DNA of 64,000 bases. Source: Vicugna vicugna (taxonomy: Eukaryota). The translations under genes and the position numbers were made by a program. The notes under the pieces are model-generated. The model did no database searches. It was not told where the DNA came from and saw nothing but the letters and a program-made list of their open reading frames with translations. The stretch is from positions 312,001 through 376,000 of the forward strand of contig MU058206.1 of the NCBI GenBank assembly GCA_013265495.1. Reading direction: 5' to 3'. Below, piece by piece: positions 1 to 13,109 of this stretch. Every line of letters begins with the position of its first letter. The first letter of the stretch is position 1.

Positions 1-1309
1 CCATCTCCGTTTCTTTCTCCCTTCCTTTTAATGTGATTTGCACCCCTTCCCCACATAGAAGGCTACCCTCATCTGTGCCTTTCCCATCCAGAACCTGGGG
101 CTCAGGCGCTATCCTGCTCCCTGGTGGAGACTGGTCCTGATGCAGACCCTCAGGGCAGCAAGCTGGGTCAGCTCCAGGCTGTCTGCCTCCTCCCTGGTTG
201 GTGCCCTCTGAGCTCCCAGCACAGCCTCCAGCCTTCAGCCTCCGTGCCTCTTGCCCCTCCCTGGACTTCTTTCAGGCCTTTTCCAGATCTGTTTTTCATG
301 CCAGGCTGACCTCCCACCCAGCAGGTCCGCTCTGTGGCCCTACGACAGGTGGTGCCCTATCTAGTCTCTTTTCAGAGAGAAGGGAGGTCTTGTCAGGAGC
401 TTCTCCATGGCCTGATGTGGGAAATAGGGGACCAGGAACCCTACAAATCCCAACCGACCCCCCAAGGCACTGGGGCTTAGACTGTACCTTGATCCCTGCC
501 AGGGTCCAGGTATCTCTAGCAGCATCTGCTAGTCAGGCGTAAATGTTTCATCTCCAGCAGAGAGGAGTCTAGCACTTCACTCCCTCCTACCCTCCAGGGC
601 ACCTGGTGCTGTTGATCCAGGCCCTCTTGGAGAGGCTGGCCTTGAGAGGCAAGACTTGGCAGTGAGTGGTCTGGATGTGGATGGACCCTCAGGACTGAGA
701 GGGCCGAGTGTGAGCCCTCCCCTGAAGCTGCAGTTCTGAACTGGCCCCAGGGCCTCCCTGGACCTGTTTCTCAAGGACGCCGTGAAGAGCAATGATTCTA
801 AGAAGGACATGACTAACCCCTAGGTTGGACATGATGTTTTCCAGCTGACTATGCCCTTTCCTGGTCATGTGGGAGCCTCATGACCCCTGACACGGGCATG
901 GAATGACATGACCGCGTCTTTTTTACAGATGAGGGCACAGAGGCACAGGGATGCCCAGGTCCCCTCTCCAGGGCCCCTCCTCAAAGGGAAGGCAAGCTGG
1001 CTGGGCTGGGGGCTCAGGGCCCTTTGGGAGACCAGGCTCCAGACAGTGGGGGCTGCCTGAGGCCTCATGTCCCTCAGGCCTGGGTAGTTCTGGCCAGTTC
1101 TGGGTTCTAGGCAAAGGTGGGACCCACTGTGTGGATGCAAGCTCATGAGTCAAGGGGAAGAGACCTCAGTATTGGGCATTTCTGGACAGGCTCCAGGAAA
1201 GGCCCTGCCTGCAGGATGCTCAGGGGACCCGGAGCCTGATGGGCTGGGGGAGCACCGCCTCTGAATTGGCCAGACCTGGCACAGAGAGGGCTTGTCCTGG
1301 TAGCCCAAG

Positions 1310-1700
1310 GATGTGTGAGTGTGTACATGTGCCCAATGGTGAGGGAGTGTGTGATTCTGTGTGCGCCTGTGAGAGTGTGTACATGAGCATGAGTGATTAT
1401 GGGTGTGGTGCACGCGCAGTGTGCCTGGGGCCCGAGGGGTTGAGACTACATCGATAAATGTGTGAGAGGCTGTGCTTTGAGAGTGCCACAGTCCTTGAGA
1501 CTGTTTCTGAGTGTGAGCGAGGGTGGTTGGGTGGGTGTGAGTCCTGAGCATGCGTGATCGTGTGCGTGTGAACTGACTTGGGTCTCTGACTTGAGAGGAT
1601 ATATGTACCCACGTTTATATATCAATGTGAGTGAGAGCAGGAGGGAGCAGACGGGGTGTAGGGGGTGGGTCTGTGCGCATGTGCGCATGCGTGTGCTGAT
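1310..1700. repeat. Degenerate (TG)n/(GTGA)n low-complexity tract
   Basis: Run of interrupted gtgt/gtga/gcgt units (e.g. atgtgtgagtgtgtacatgt ... tgtgcgcatgtgcgcatgcgtgtg); produces His/Thr-rich spurious ORFs. Confidence 0.75.
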
Positions 1701-1703
1701 GCG

Positions 1704-3222
1704 GAGGTGGGGGGGGCAGGCCAGAGCACCCAGGCTTTTGTCCCCACCTTTAGGGTCAGCAGCATTACCTCCTCCCTCCCTCTCTTCTCTGCCCTCCTGC
1801 CCTTTCTCCTTCTTTCTTCCCTCCCTGCTCAGCCACCTTTTGGGGATCGAGTGCCAGGACCACTCCCCAATTCCAGAGGCACCCCGGGGACACTCTTTTC
1901 TCCCTTTGCTGGCAGGAAGGGATCCTCAGAGCCCAGGTAGGGTGGTTGGTTCTGGAAGGAGGGCCTCTCTGAGGCCTAGGTCAGAGAAGGAGTGGAGAGG
2001 AAGTGCCTCCTGGCCTCTACTCCCCTCACCTTCCCGAGGCCTGGCGTGGGAACGAGAGTGATTTTTCAGCATCAGCGTCTGGGTCACACAGGTGACTGTG
2101 CCAGGCAGGGAGGCGGATCCCTGGCCTCACAGGCCCCTGCCTCTCAGGGCCTCTCAGCTCCTTGCCTGTGAGTCTTCTCTTCCTGTGTCTAACATCTGAC
2201 TGCCTGGGTCTCACCTTCTCCTCCACCCCAACAACTCTGGCCTGTTTCCCCAGCTCTGCCAACTTGGCAGAGCCTCCAGTCTGAGGTTCCTGGCTGAGGA
2301 GAAGCCTGGGGGAGTGAGGGAGGTTTTTGCCTTTAGAAACTGGAGATTTGGGCTGAGGTGGGCGTGCTCACCCCAGACAGACTTGTTGCAGCACAGCTTT
2401 GCTGCAGGGAGGGATGGGTCCCTGGGGGTGGCCGCCTGAGGGGGACACTGAAGCACTGGCTCAGAGGTGGGGGGGGCAGGCCAGAGCACCCAGGCTTTTG
2501 TCCCCACCTTTAGGGTCAGCAGCATTACCTCCTCCCTCCCTCTCTTCTCTGCCCTCCTGCCCTTTCTCCTTCTTTCTTCCCTCCCTGCTCAGCCACCTTT
2601 TGGGGATCGAGTGCCAGGACCACTCCCCAATTCCAGAGGCACCCCGGGGACACTCTTTTCTCCCTTTGCTGGCAGGAAGGGATCCTCAGAGCCCAGGTAG
2701 GGTGGTTGGTTCTGGAAGGAGGGCCTCTCTGAGGCCTAGGTCAGAGAAGGAGTGGAGAGGAAGTGCCTCCTGGCCTCTACTCCCCTCACCTTCCCGAGGC
2801 CTGGCGTGGGAACGAGAGTGATTTTTCAGCATCAGCGTCTGGGTCACACAGGTGACTGTGCCAGGCAGGGAGGCGGATCCCTGGCCTCACAGGCCCCTGC
2901 CTCTCAGGGCCTCTCAGCTCCTTGCCTGTGAGGCTTCTCTTCCTGTGTCTAACATCTGACTGCCTGGGTCTCACCTTCTCCTCCACCCCAACAACTCTGG
3001 CCTGTTTCCCCAGCTCTGCCAACTTGGCAGAGCCTCCAGTCTGAGGTTCCTGGCTGAGGAGAAGCCTGGGGGAGTGAGGGAGGTTTTTGCCTTTAGAAAC
3101 TGGAGATTTGGGCTGAGGTGGGCGTGCTCACCCCAGACAGACTTGTTGCAGCACAGCTTTGCTGCAGGGAGGGATGGGTCCTTGGGGGTGGCCGCCTGAG
3201 GGGGACACTGAAGCACTGGCTC
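1704..3222 (+). repeat. Direct tandem duplication, period 760 bp (1704-2462 / 2464-3222)
   Basis: Line-by-line comparison: copies identical except 2173 t vs 2933 g and 2422 c vs 3182 t; single 'a' (2463) at the junction. Confidence 0.97.
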
Positions 3223-5714
3223 CAGGGAGCCCCAGTCTGAGGGAGGAGGAGCAACCCTGGCCTGGAGTTTGGCCTCAGTTTGGTAAGAGAGATGAGACTC
3301 TCCGGATACCCAGAGAGCTGGATCCACGCAGAAATAAGGACACAATTCCCAGATAAACAGAACCACAAAATCCTCAGTGGCCACTCAATTCTTTGAATAA
3401 ATGAAAGGAGAAAAAGACAAGAAGGGAAGATGGAAGTAGGAAGAATAAAGGAGAGGGGGGAGGAAGAAACGGGAGAGTGAGGACATCAGACCTGGAGGGG
3501 ACAGGGGGACAGAGGGACAGAGGGGACAGATGAAATTGAGCTGTGAGGCCCTGGGCAGCCTCCTGAAGGCCACTGGGATGCAGAGATGCTGAGTCTTCAT
3601 TCTGCAACTCTGGATGTTTGAGGCCTTTGGTGTTTATTTGGAGCATGGGGGCCACTCCAGGACCCTGGAGCCAAACCCTGGTGAGAGTCTCTGCTTAGTT
3701 CTCTTTTCTGACTGTCTCTCACTAAAATTTTGGGAGACCCCTCACAGAAGCCCAGAGGGTTGTAAAGGGCCTCTCTTCCTGCCCCTCTTAGGAGAGGAGG
3801 GGGTGGGGTGGGCCAGCCTGGATTCCCTGCCTTCTCAACAGCTGGCTCACTCCCCCTGGTCCTACTGCCTCCCTCCCTCCTCAGACCCTGGAAACCTGTG
3901 GCCAGGCATCTCCTCCCTGACACTGTCTGGTCCAGCAGGTCCAGCATAGGGAGGCAAGGGGGTGGATGTTAGTGAGAAGAGACCTCAGGTCGTCCCTGCA
4001 GGGAGTTGCTAGTGGGGAGCTCAGACGGACAGGAGCCCCTGGAGGGATGTCTGGGACCCACACACTCCCAGGTAGCCTGCTTGGCTGCAGCCTCAAAACC
4101 AGGCTCAGAGAAACCTGGAGGTGAGAAGGCAGGTGGAAAGCAGGTTCCAGCCACTCCCTTCTGGAACCATCCCGACCCCCACGTGGACCTGCTGTGCCTC
4201 CCTGAGCCCTGCTCTTATGCCCCGGGCTTTATCTCCAGGATCAGGTATGTGTGGAGGTGGTCCTGAGACCTAAGACTGGTCTTCCCTCATCAGCTGAGAA
4301 GCTCTGGGAGCAGAGAAAAGTGTTCCCATCTGACTGGTTCCAATTTCAAGAAAGGGGATGTGTGTGACCAAGGATAGACAGCTCTAGAATTAAATCCTGG
4401 TGGTAGATCAGCCCATTTCCTCTTTGGTAGAGGATCAAGGTTCTGGACAGTCTGAGTGTGGGCCGCTCCCTTTGCTGGGTGTTGAGTGCAACCTCTGAAC
4501 CAAACCAGCTTGTGTAGCAATTGCTCAAATAGCTATATCTGCAATTGATTGAAGCAACACATCTCAAATAGGAACTGCTTGAGTCTGTGATCACTTTACA
4601 GTTTGCACATTCACACACCTGATCTCATTGTGAACTTCTGGCAGGCCTGAGATGCAGGCAGGAGTGGGGTTGTATCCCCCGTTTTGCAGGTGAGGAAACA
4701 GAGGAGGAGAGCCCCTCCCGTTCAGGAAGTGTGCCACGTTCTGGGACCTGAGGCCCCCTCCTTCCCACTTTCTTATTATTTATCACATTCGGGAAATAAT
4801 TTGGTTCAGTCCCCAGAGCCAGGAAAGGAGGAAAGCATGGGGGCCCTTGTGGGTAGGATGTGCGTCTGGTTTAGACCAGGGGGCCAGGGCCATTGAGGAG
4901 CGATGGGCTCACCTCTGCTGAGTGCAGACTCCTTCCCACCCCACCACAGCTGGGACGGTGGCAGTCTCAGCACTAAACGACCCCTTCTGGGGAAGTTCTG
5001 CATAGTAGCTGCCCTTTTCCCTCCAGAGACAGGGCATGGTGGCCCCAGCCAGCATCCTGTGGGCTACATCCTGGCTCTGGGGCTTGTAGGGGCTGGAGGG
5101 AGGCCTGGGGTCCGGGTCTGGCCCCACAGGGCTGCCCTCTGTGCGCGGGTGGGAGATGGGCTCTGGTGCCATCTTACCCTGAGGGCTGAGTGCCAGTGAG
5201 GCCCCCTGCTGGTGACTGGCCAGGCCACTCCAGAGCACATTTTTTCTGTGAGTGACAGCTCCCTTCCCACCCTGGCTCCTGGCCCCAAGACCCCTCCTCT
5301 TCATGCCCACTCAATCACCCAGACACCTCAGCTAACTGTCTCAGAACTCTCCCTCCACCTTCTTCCTGCTTTGTACTGAGCTCCTAGTGGTGCTAGGCAC
5401 CCAGTGGGTACCTTACCGGTGATCTCATCAAATCTGCCTGAGAATCAGTATCATTAGCTCCCATTTTAGGGATGAGGAGTTGAGACCCAAGACAGTAGAG
5501 TGAGTCACCCAAGGTCACACAGCTGGGGTTCTGGCAGAGGCTGGAATTCAATCTGTCAAGTAAGGTATCCACGGAGGAAATGCTGCAGAGGGTGCTTGGA
5601 GCTTAGGAAGGGCTTTGAGTACCTCAGTGAGAAGCCTCAGCTTGATTTTGTGGGTGAAGGACATTTAAACAGGAAAGATGCACAGGAAAAGCAGAGAACC
5701 AGATGGCCTGGATT

Positions 5715-5900
5715 CTAATCCTGCCCTAAAAACTAGCTGTGTGACTTTGGGCAATTTACTTAACCTCTCTGTGCCTGTTTTTTTTCCATTGGCAAAAAGG
5801 AAATGGTAATAATGCCCACTTTGTAGGCTTGCTAGGAGGATTAAGTGAGTTAATAAGCCTAAGGCACTTAGGGCAGAAAGCAGTGCATGACATCCATTAA
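5715..5900. mobile_element. MIR SINE fragment
   Basis: MIR core-like text: tagctgtgtgactttgggcaatttacttaacctctctgtgcctg ... gtaataatgccc ... ggattaagtgagttaat. Boundaries approximate. Confidence 0.8.
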
Positions 5901-7429
5901 ACACTGCGTTTTGCATCAGCTCTGGTCCCTTCCTTCTCCTTTTCTCACCACCTCACCCCACCCCCACCCACCAGTCTCTCTGTGGAATGAGAGATGCAGC
6001 CTTGAGTGAGGAACTGAGCCTGTGACCTGCCATGGGCACAGGCCCCCAGGTGCCCTGCAAGCTGCCCGAAGCCCCTGCCCATCTTTCCTACAGCGGTAGG
6101 TGCCTGGTGGACAGAAGGTATGTATATCTGAGTCAGACTGGGGAGGAGGGCAGAATGGAAAAGTCTGAAGTGATCTGAAATAGCCTTCCTAATGCTTAGA
6201 CGTGGCTGCCAGAGCATGGAAGATGCATGAAGGGGCTGCCTCCTCGTCCAGGCTGTGGGGTGAGAGAAGGTCTTCAGGTGTTGGGGGGGAGGAGTTGGGG
6301 CTGGCTTTCAGCCGGAGGGCAGGGGTAGCTGGGGTGAGAAGGAGGGACGGGTAGGCTAGGGAGAGGTGGGGTACCGGGTATGGGGTGGGGGGATAGAGGG
6401 CGATGGAATGATGAGGGTAGGTGGGATGCAACTGAAACCCACTCTGGGGTGGGAGGTTGAGGAGAAGCCTGCAGGCAGAGGCGGCTTGGCAGATGGATTG
6501 GTGGAGACCCCAGGCAGGGAGATGAAAGTGTCTGCAGAGGCTCTGGCATCACCCCGGTGTGTTCCCTAATCCCTATTTGTTCTTCCAGAGGCTGGGGCAT
6601 CCTCCCCAGAGCTTCATGACCCCCTGGCCTGTCCCCTCTTGTCTCATGGGAACACAGCCAACCCACCCCTACCCGGAGCCAGGAATGGGGCTATTGTCAA
6701 GGCCCGGTCTCCTAGATGACCCTGGCTGGAGAGGTGTACCTGAGAGAGAGGCACATGGCCATTCCTGATAGTGGGTGGGGGATAGTCGGGTGAGGAGGGC
6801 TGGACAGGACTTCAGCTGCAGAAAAGGGGGCTCTCTCAGTAGGAATCAGTCAAAGAATAATCTAGTCCTTCTCCCCTCCTCCCTCTCTCTCCCACCCATA
6901 TATTCTTTTTCTAGTTCTGAGTACAGTGCCTGCTTCACACATAGTAGGCAGTCAATACTTACTTGAATTCATAAGCAGAGTTAAGGAGGTGAATTCGGCA
7001 GTTTCCGCTAATGACCTAATGCCAGGATTCAGTTCCTTGGGCTGTGAGGACAGAAGTCAGGACAGGGTTGGAGATGGAATTGGTGATGGGTGGGGGGGTG
7101 CAGTGAGACAAGATGAAGGAGTGAACTCCAGCTTGAGGCCCAGCAAAACGGAATCACTTGCACAGGGTCTTTTCTTGTCAGCTGAAGGTGGGCAGAGGAA
7201 AGGAAGGGAAATGGGTGGAGGGTGGGAATATGACTGGGGATATGAATGAAAGCATTCTTTTATTTTTAAATTAATCTTCACAAACAATTAAACAGGTAAG
7301 TAAGTAATTGGACATCAAATTCCAATTATGTTCCTTGAAGTCAATGCTTCTCACACTTTAGCTATGGAAACATCACTGGCCTGACTTTTGCACTGAGACT
7401 TTTCGAGTCAACTGATTCAATATCAACCC

Positions 7430-7557
7430 AATTTTAAACTTAGCTCCACATTAGCTGTGTGATTTGGGCAATTCCATTGACTTCTCTGTGCATCTGTTTC
7501 CTCATCTGTGAAATGGGGATAATAATAGTACTTACGGGGTTCTTGTGTGGATTAAAA
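7430..7557. mobile_element. MIR SINE, left part (interrupted by the LTR; continues ~8134-8200)
   Basis: tagctgtgtgatttgggcaa ... tctgtttcctcatctgtgaaatggggataataatagta ... tgtgtggattaaaa, resuming after the LTR as aaatgac ... tgtaaagtg ... cctggt. Confidence 0.85.
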
Positions 7558-8133
7558 TGAGGTGGGAAGCCCCATAAAAAGACTGGCAGAACCCCCAAGC
7601 AAGGCCACTACTCTCGTGCCAGCACCATCTGGTTCCCTGGCGCAGAGGCTCTATCTCACTTTTTGCCTCTGAAACAGCTTACTTACCCCTAAAGTTCTAT
7701 TGGTTCCCTCTGCTCACTTCTGATTGGTTACTTCCTTCATTCCTGATTGGTTATTACTCTCACTTCTGATTGGTCCACTTCCCTAACTTCTGATTGGTCC
7801 ATTTGAAGTACTTCATATGCATGAACTCACTCCTGATTGGTTATTTCTCTCACTCCTGATTGGTCTATTTCTAAAAAGCTTGTTCCTAGTTGGTCAACTT
7901 CTGTTATACTTTATTTGCATATGATGTTCCAAAGTATAAAATTGGCAGCCTATAAAGGCCTATGTAAACCTACAGCCAGGGTCCACAGCTCGGAGTGTTA
8001 ACTCTTTTGGGCCCACTGGTGTAATAAACCTGAGTTCTCCAACTGTCTGAGTGGTGCTTGGTCTCTCGTCTGGATCCAGGTTGCTGTCACCACTGAGCTA
8101 TAACACGGAGATGTAACACTTTTTTCCGAAACA
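7558..8133 (+). mobile_element. ERV solo LTR (ERV1-like), copy 1, inserted into a MIR
   Basis: TG...CA termini, 576 bp; flanks aaaa/aaat (4-bp TSD, 1 mismatch); six CTGATTGG boxes (7720-7863), octamer ATTTGCAT 7913-7920, TATAAA 7951-7956, AATAAA 8023-8028; colinear end to end with 15143-15717. Confidence 0.9.
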
Positions 8134-11100
8134 AAATGACTTCGTGTTTGTAAAGTGGCTGGAAGAGGGCCTGGTGCGTTGCAGGTGCTGTGTTTGTTAA
8201 ATAGAATAAGTAAATAAATACTTCCGAGCAGTAACATCTGTGAAATCATGGCTTGGTGCCCCAGTTAGATTTTTTTTCACACTCACTAGAATAGAGAGCT
8301 ATGAACTATGACTGTAAAGTCACCTTCCATACTGTCAATGGGAAATTGTCCCAGGTGAATCTTCCATGCTGTGTGCAAGTAAATTTTACGTGCTTTAATC
8401 CAGTCCCAGTTTGTAGCCCATAGTCTTCCTGTGGGCACCACCATTGTATCCTGATTGGCTTCTTTGTCATTCTGGCTTGTCCAGAGCGCCTCTGCTGTGA
8501 GCTGTCATGGCTGTTTGTATCCCAAGTTCTGCTGTCCGAAATGACCCGGCTCGAGGGGAAGGTGCTGTTCCCAGAGAGGCAGAGACACTGAAGCAGGTGT
8601 GATGTCTGTGCTGGGAATCTTTCCCAGGACTGTCTGTTCCCCATCCCAGAGATTCTATGCTCTGTCCCACCCGAGCCCCTCATTTCAACTTTCTGTCTTT
8701 TCTGAACCTGGGAGAAAAGGTGGGCCCAGGAGTTGGGAATGGGAACAGGATAATTCCGAGGCCTGGGCAGGTTGCCTTCAATTTACCCTCTGGGCACCTC
8801 CTATTTGATCGGCTTCAGGACTTTAATTTGCCTGTTGTTTGAGGTTAACCGCCTTCCTTAATGAGGCTGGGGTGGAGGGGGCAGGTTGGAAGAGAAACCC
8901 CCCGAAGGTGCGGGGATTTGAGGGTTTCTTTAGGAGGCCCCTGGGTGGGTATATGGGCTGTGAAGCAGGAGAAGGCGCCTGCCAGCTCCCACCTCATCCT
9001 CCCAGGTGTGACCCACACGGAGCACATCCTGATTGTCGTAGGAGGAGAGGAGGCCTCCTAACTCACTTCCCTCTACTTCCTGGAAGCTCTGCCCAGAGGC
9101 AGGGTTTCACGGTAGAAAGCTGGAGTTGCAGCAGGAAGGTTCAGGGAAGATTTCTCACCAGACCAGGGTGGGTAGAGGGGCTGAGGGAGGATGTGGAGGG
9201 GATGGAAATAGCGTCAGAAGAGGGTGGGAGTCGAGGCCACCAGTCATACAGTAGGTCCTCAGACTCTGCTGTGCGTTTACGTTGGGATGGCAGGGTCAGC
9301 AGAGGGGCTTTCCTCAGCCTGCAGCCTGATGTCTGCGGCCCACGTGTGCAGGAGAGTCCGTGTCCACATTCAAGACTACGTGTTCTGGCGTGTGCGTGCG
9401 TCTGACAGAGGAGAGAGCTGTCTCTTCCATCAGACTAGAGTCTCCGAGCAGGGCTGTATTTCCCCTGTTAACTGGGGGTTCTCTAAGGCCAGGCAGGGCC
9501 AGTGCTGCCTCAGTGCCCTGTTTCTGCTTCCAGAGGGTCTCATGTCACCCAGAGCGGGACCCCAGGCCCTGAACCTTCCACTCTCTCCACCCCCTTGGCT
9601 CTCTCTGTTCTCAACCTGCATGCTCTCCTTCCCTTGGAGCACCACTGGGAGACTCCCTTTGAAGTCCTGCTGAGTCCCGTTGTTCTTATGACAGAGTAAA
9701 CAGGCCCCTCAAAGCCAGGGGGTGGGGCTCTGGTAATGAGGCTTTTCCAGGGGAGGGGGCCTGAGTGGGCTCCCATCAGATAAGTCAAGTCTTTTACTGC
9801 CTCCCATTTGCTATTGTAATGAGGGACAGGTGGGTCCAGGCTGGGCTGGGCACAGAGTACCTACCTTCCCATCCTGGCTGGGTTGGGCCATGTGGCCATA
9901 GGATCTCCAGGGCCCCACGAAGTCCTGTGTCCAGGAATATCTGTGGACTGTTCCTTCCACCTCCAATTGAAGGCATGGACTGTGCATCTCTACCCCATGT
10001 ACAGCCTCCGCCACACAGTTAGGAAAGGATTCAGGTCAGACCCCGGGAAGAACCTCCTGGGTCATAGAGTCCATGACATTGAATGTGCCAGATCTGGGTC
10101 TGCAGTGGAGCAGGATGAGGCATAAATCCCCTGCTACAGGTTTTGGAGGGCCACCTCCAAAATTGCCATTGCTGGTCAATGAGGGGGTGGCGGGCAGGTT
10201 GTGGCCAGGAGAGGAAAGGAGGCTCAAGAGTTAGCGCTAGAAAAGACTGGAGGTTCATAAATACACAGGACAAGAAATACACTTGTTCCTCTTCTAGCTC
10301 ATTTTCCTCTCCCAGGCAAGGTTCTCAGGTGCTATGAAAACGCTAGGGAGAGAAGGGCCAGCAGTATTGTCAGCTGAGGCTGGGAACCTTCAGCGATAAT
10401 TGGGAAAGCTGTACCTGTCACCTTAATGGACAACACCTAGAAGTCACTCTATGCGCCCTTCAGGAGGACTCACAGGAAGTCACCTGAGGCATGCTCCTGC
10501 CTCCAGACTGATCGCTCTACTGTTTCACCAGGAGGCTGCCTCCGGAGTCAGATCCTGTGGGCTTAATCCTAGCATCCCCCTTGTTTCCTGAGTGGTCTTG
10601 GTCTAGGGGTTTCCCCATCTGTAAAATGAGGATAAGCATTAGAGTGTCTCTCTCATTGGGAGAAGGGATGAGGTGGTTCCTGCAAAGCTCTTGACACAGT
10701 CTGGTGCTCACTGGGCCCTGGTGGTTCCTCCAAAGCCCCTTTCAAGTGCTCGTCTACCCAGCCCTCCTGAGGGTTCTTTCTGCTGTCTGCCTGCTACCCC
10801 TCCTCAGAGCATGACACGGCGTCCCCTTCCCAGCCTACTCGGGGGAGCAGGGTAGGTGGGCATGTTGGTCTTTTCTGCCCTCAGTTTCTCCTTCTTAAAT
10901 GCTGCCTCCTCTTTTCTCCCTGTCCCGACCCACCGCCCCCCTCCAAGCCTGCAGGGTGAGATAATGTCTAAGAGATACTTGGAGTTACTTGGAGGAAGAG
11001 GCCAGACAGTGAGTGACCAGAGGTGATTATCTGGCATGACTAAAGCAGCGGTTTCCCTCCCCCCAGCCCAGGCAGAAGGGAGGGGGACATCTGAGGTCAT

Positions 11101-12743
11101 GCTCCAGAAGAAATGTCCCAAGAAGGGCTAGACTTGGGGAGGCCGACCCTGGGGTGGGGGAACGGGGACGGGTGGAAGCTGAGAACTCTGCTTCAGGTGG
11201 ATTTTCACAGGGGAAAAAAAAAGCCACTGCCTACAACAACTCACCCCTTTTGGGAGGGGCTTGGAGGCAGGGGGCTGGCCAAAATGGCCTCCACCCAGCA
11301 TCTTGGTTCACCCTCCTCTTGAACAGCCATCCTGTCTCCAGCTCTCAGCCTCCCTCCTCCATGGACACTGTTGTCTACCCTTGTCCTTGACCCCTGCCCT
11401 TCTCCTCTCCACCTCTCAGGGGGACCTGGCTCCCTCCCAGAACCTCCTCCCCATCCTGCCACTGCCCTGGGGTCCCCACTCTGGCAGCCCCTGTCCCAAA
11501 GTCCCTCTGAGCAGCAGAGCTCTCTGTAGGAGGAAGCCCCAATCTCCTCTCTCACTCTGCATCTCCTCTGCCTGCCCCGCCCCCCCGAGGCCTGCAGAGG
11601 ACCGGAGAGCTGCCCACCGGGGGTGGGGCTGGGCAGCTGGCCTCACATCCGACTCCCCCACCTCCTTTCCGCGGCCTGAGCCGGCGGGCGAAGGCGTGCA
11701 GTTCCCACACAGGCCTCTGGGTGCTGCCCAACAGCTGTGGTTTGTCCCTCCCCCGAAGGGCCTTCGCACCTGGCAGGTACTCACCTTCACTACAACCCTC
11801 CTCCCTCCCACCCCCCCCAAGAGGGGCCGCCTTCATTTAGAAAAGAGAAGCAGCCACTAATACTAAATATTTTCATAAACATCTCTTTGATCCTAGTTAT
11901 TAGTATTGCCAACTCCCATTTTACACATGGGAAAACCGAGGCGCGGGGAGGCCAAGTGGCTTGCCCCAGGTCCAAAGGCAGAGTAAGGAATCCTGACAAA
12001 GCCTTGGGAAGACAAGAATGAGCCTGCAGAACTGGGGTACCTCCAATGCCCGTGTGTGGGAAGCAGATACTCTGACTTGTTCTGGTCTCCCGGTGCCACA
12101 GAGAGTGAGAGTGGGAGAAGAGAGAGGAGTCCCTGCAGGGTTTCCAGTCCAGCCTTTGCTGTGGTCTTACTGCAGGACCTCACGCAAGGCCCTTCTCTAT
12201 TCTTCCCTTCCATTTTAGATTTCCCGTTCACACGTGTGCCAGAAAATCTCCTACAGGGACATCTGGAACAGCTAAGGACAGTGCTGGTGGGGGACCTTCG
12301 TTCCCCTCCCATGCTCAGTATCGGGGTCTCTGCTCTCTCCCTGTCTCTGAGGGTCCCGCACAGACGCTGCCCTGGAGCTGGGTGGGGGAGGAAGGGATGG
12401 AGAGGGAGGTCTTGCCCTCACAGTCTTGGGAGGGAGTGGAGGGAGGGGAGACCGGAGGGAGGCCTGATGTGCAGGGAGTTGCCCTGCAGAGGGGGCTTCC
12501 TCCTCCTCCCTCTTCCTTCCCTCCCCCTCTCCCCCTCCCCCGCAGCGGACCTCCTGCTCCCTTCCAACCACACCCGGCATTGTCTGGGCAGGGCTTGAGG
12601 GGGTGACAGCAACACAGCGGGAGGGACTGAGAGTGTACAACCTGATATGAGGGTGGCAGCATGAGCAGGTCCCAGTTCGCTGGGTTTGAGTATCTTTGTG
12701 TGTGTGTGTGGTGGGGAGGTGGGGGGAGCTTTACTATGGATTC

Positions 12744-12837
12744 TTCCACTCAACTTTTTTGGAGGTACTGGGCATTGAAGCCAGGACCTTGTGCATGCTA
12801 AGCATGCACTCTACCACTGAGCTCTACCCTCCTCCCC
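12744..12837 (-). mobile_element. tRNA-Ala-derived camelid SINE (Vic-1-like)
   Basis: Reverse complement of ggggaggagggtagagctcagtggtagagtgcatgcttagcatgcacaaggtcctgg...ccagtacctcc plus tail; TSD tactatggattc at 12732-12743 and 12838-12849. Confidence 0.92.
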
Positions 12838-13109
12838 TACTATGGATTCCTGATACTCTATGAAGCCCCTACCCAGCCCACACACCCCGTGAAGACCCTG
12901 GTCGCAATCTCCCTCCCAAGGCTCTGAGGCTGAGCCTGCTACATTACACAGGGACCAGAGTCCTGGGGCAAAGACCAAAATCTTTTTCCATAACCCCTTG
13001 CCTGGGCTGGAGCAGGTGCTCTGTAAATATTCATTGAAGCCGAGATGGGAGTGCCTCTCCTTGAGGGTACCTGCCCTGTCTCCTCCCCTCTACCCCCTAA
13101 GTTATGCTC

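Noticed and set aside
1150..1688. His/Thr-rich ORFs
   Set aside because: Translation of the degenerate (CA)n strand of a simple repeat.
7697..7870. CRISPR-like array of short repeats
   Set aside because: Units are adjacent tandem ~23-mers without unique spacers, inside an LTR U3 in mammalian DNA; no cas genes.
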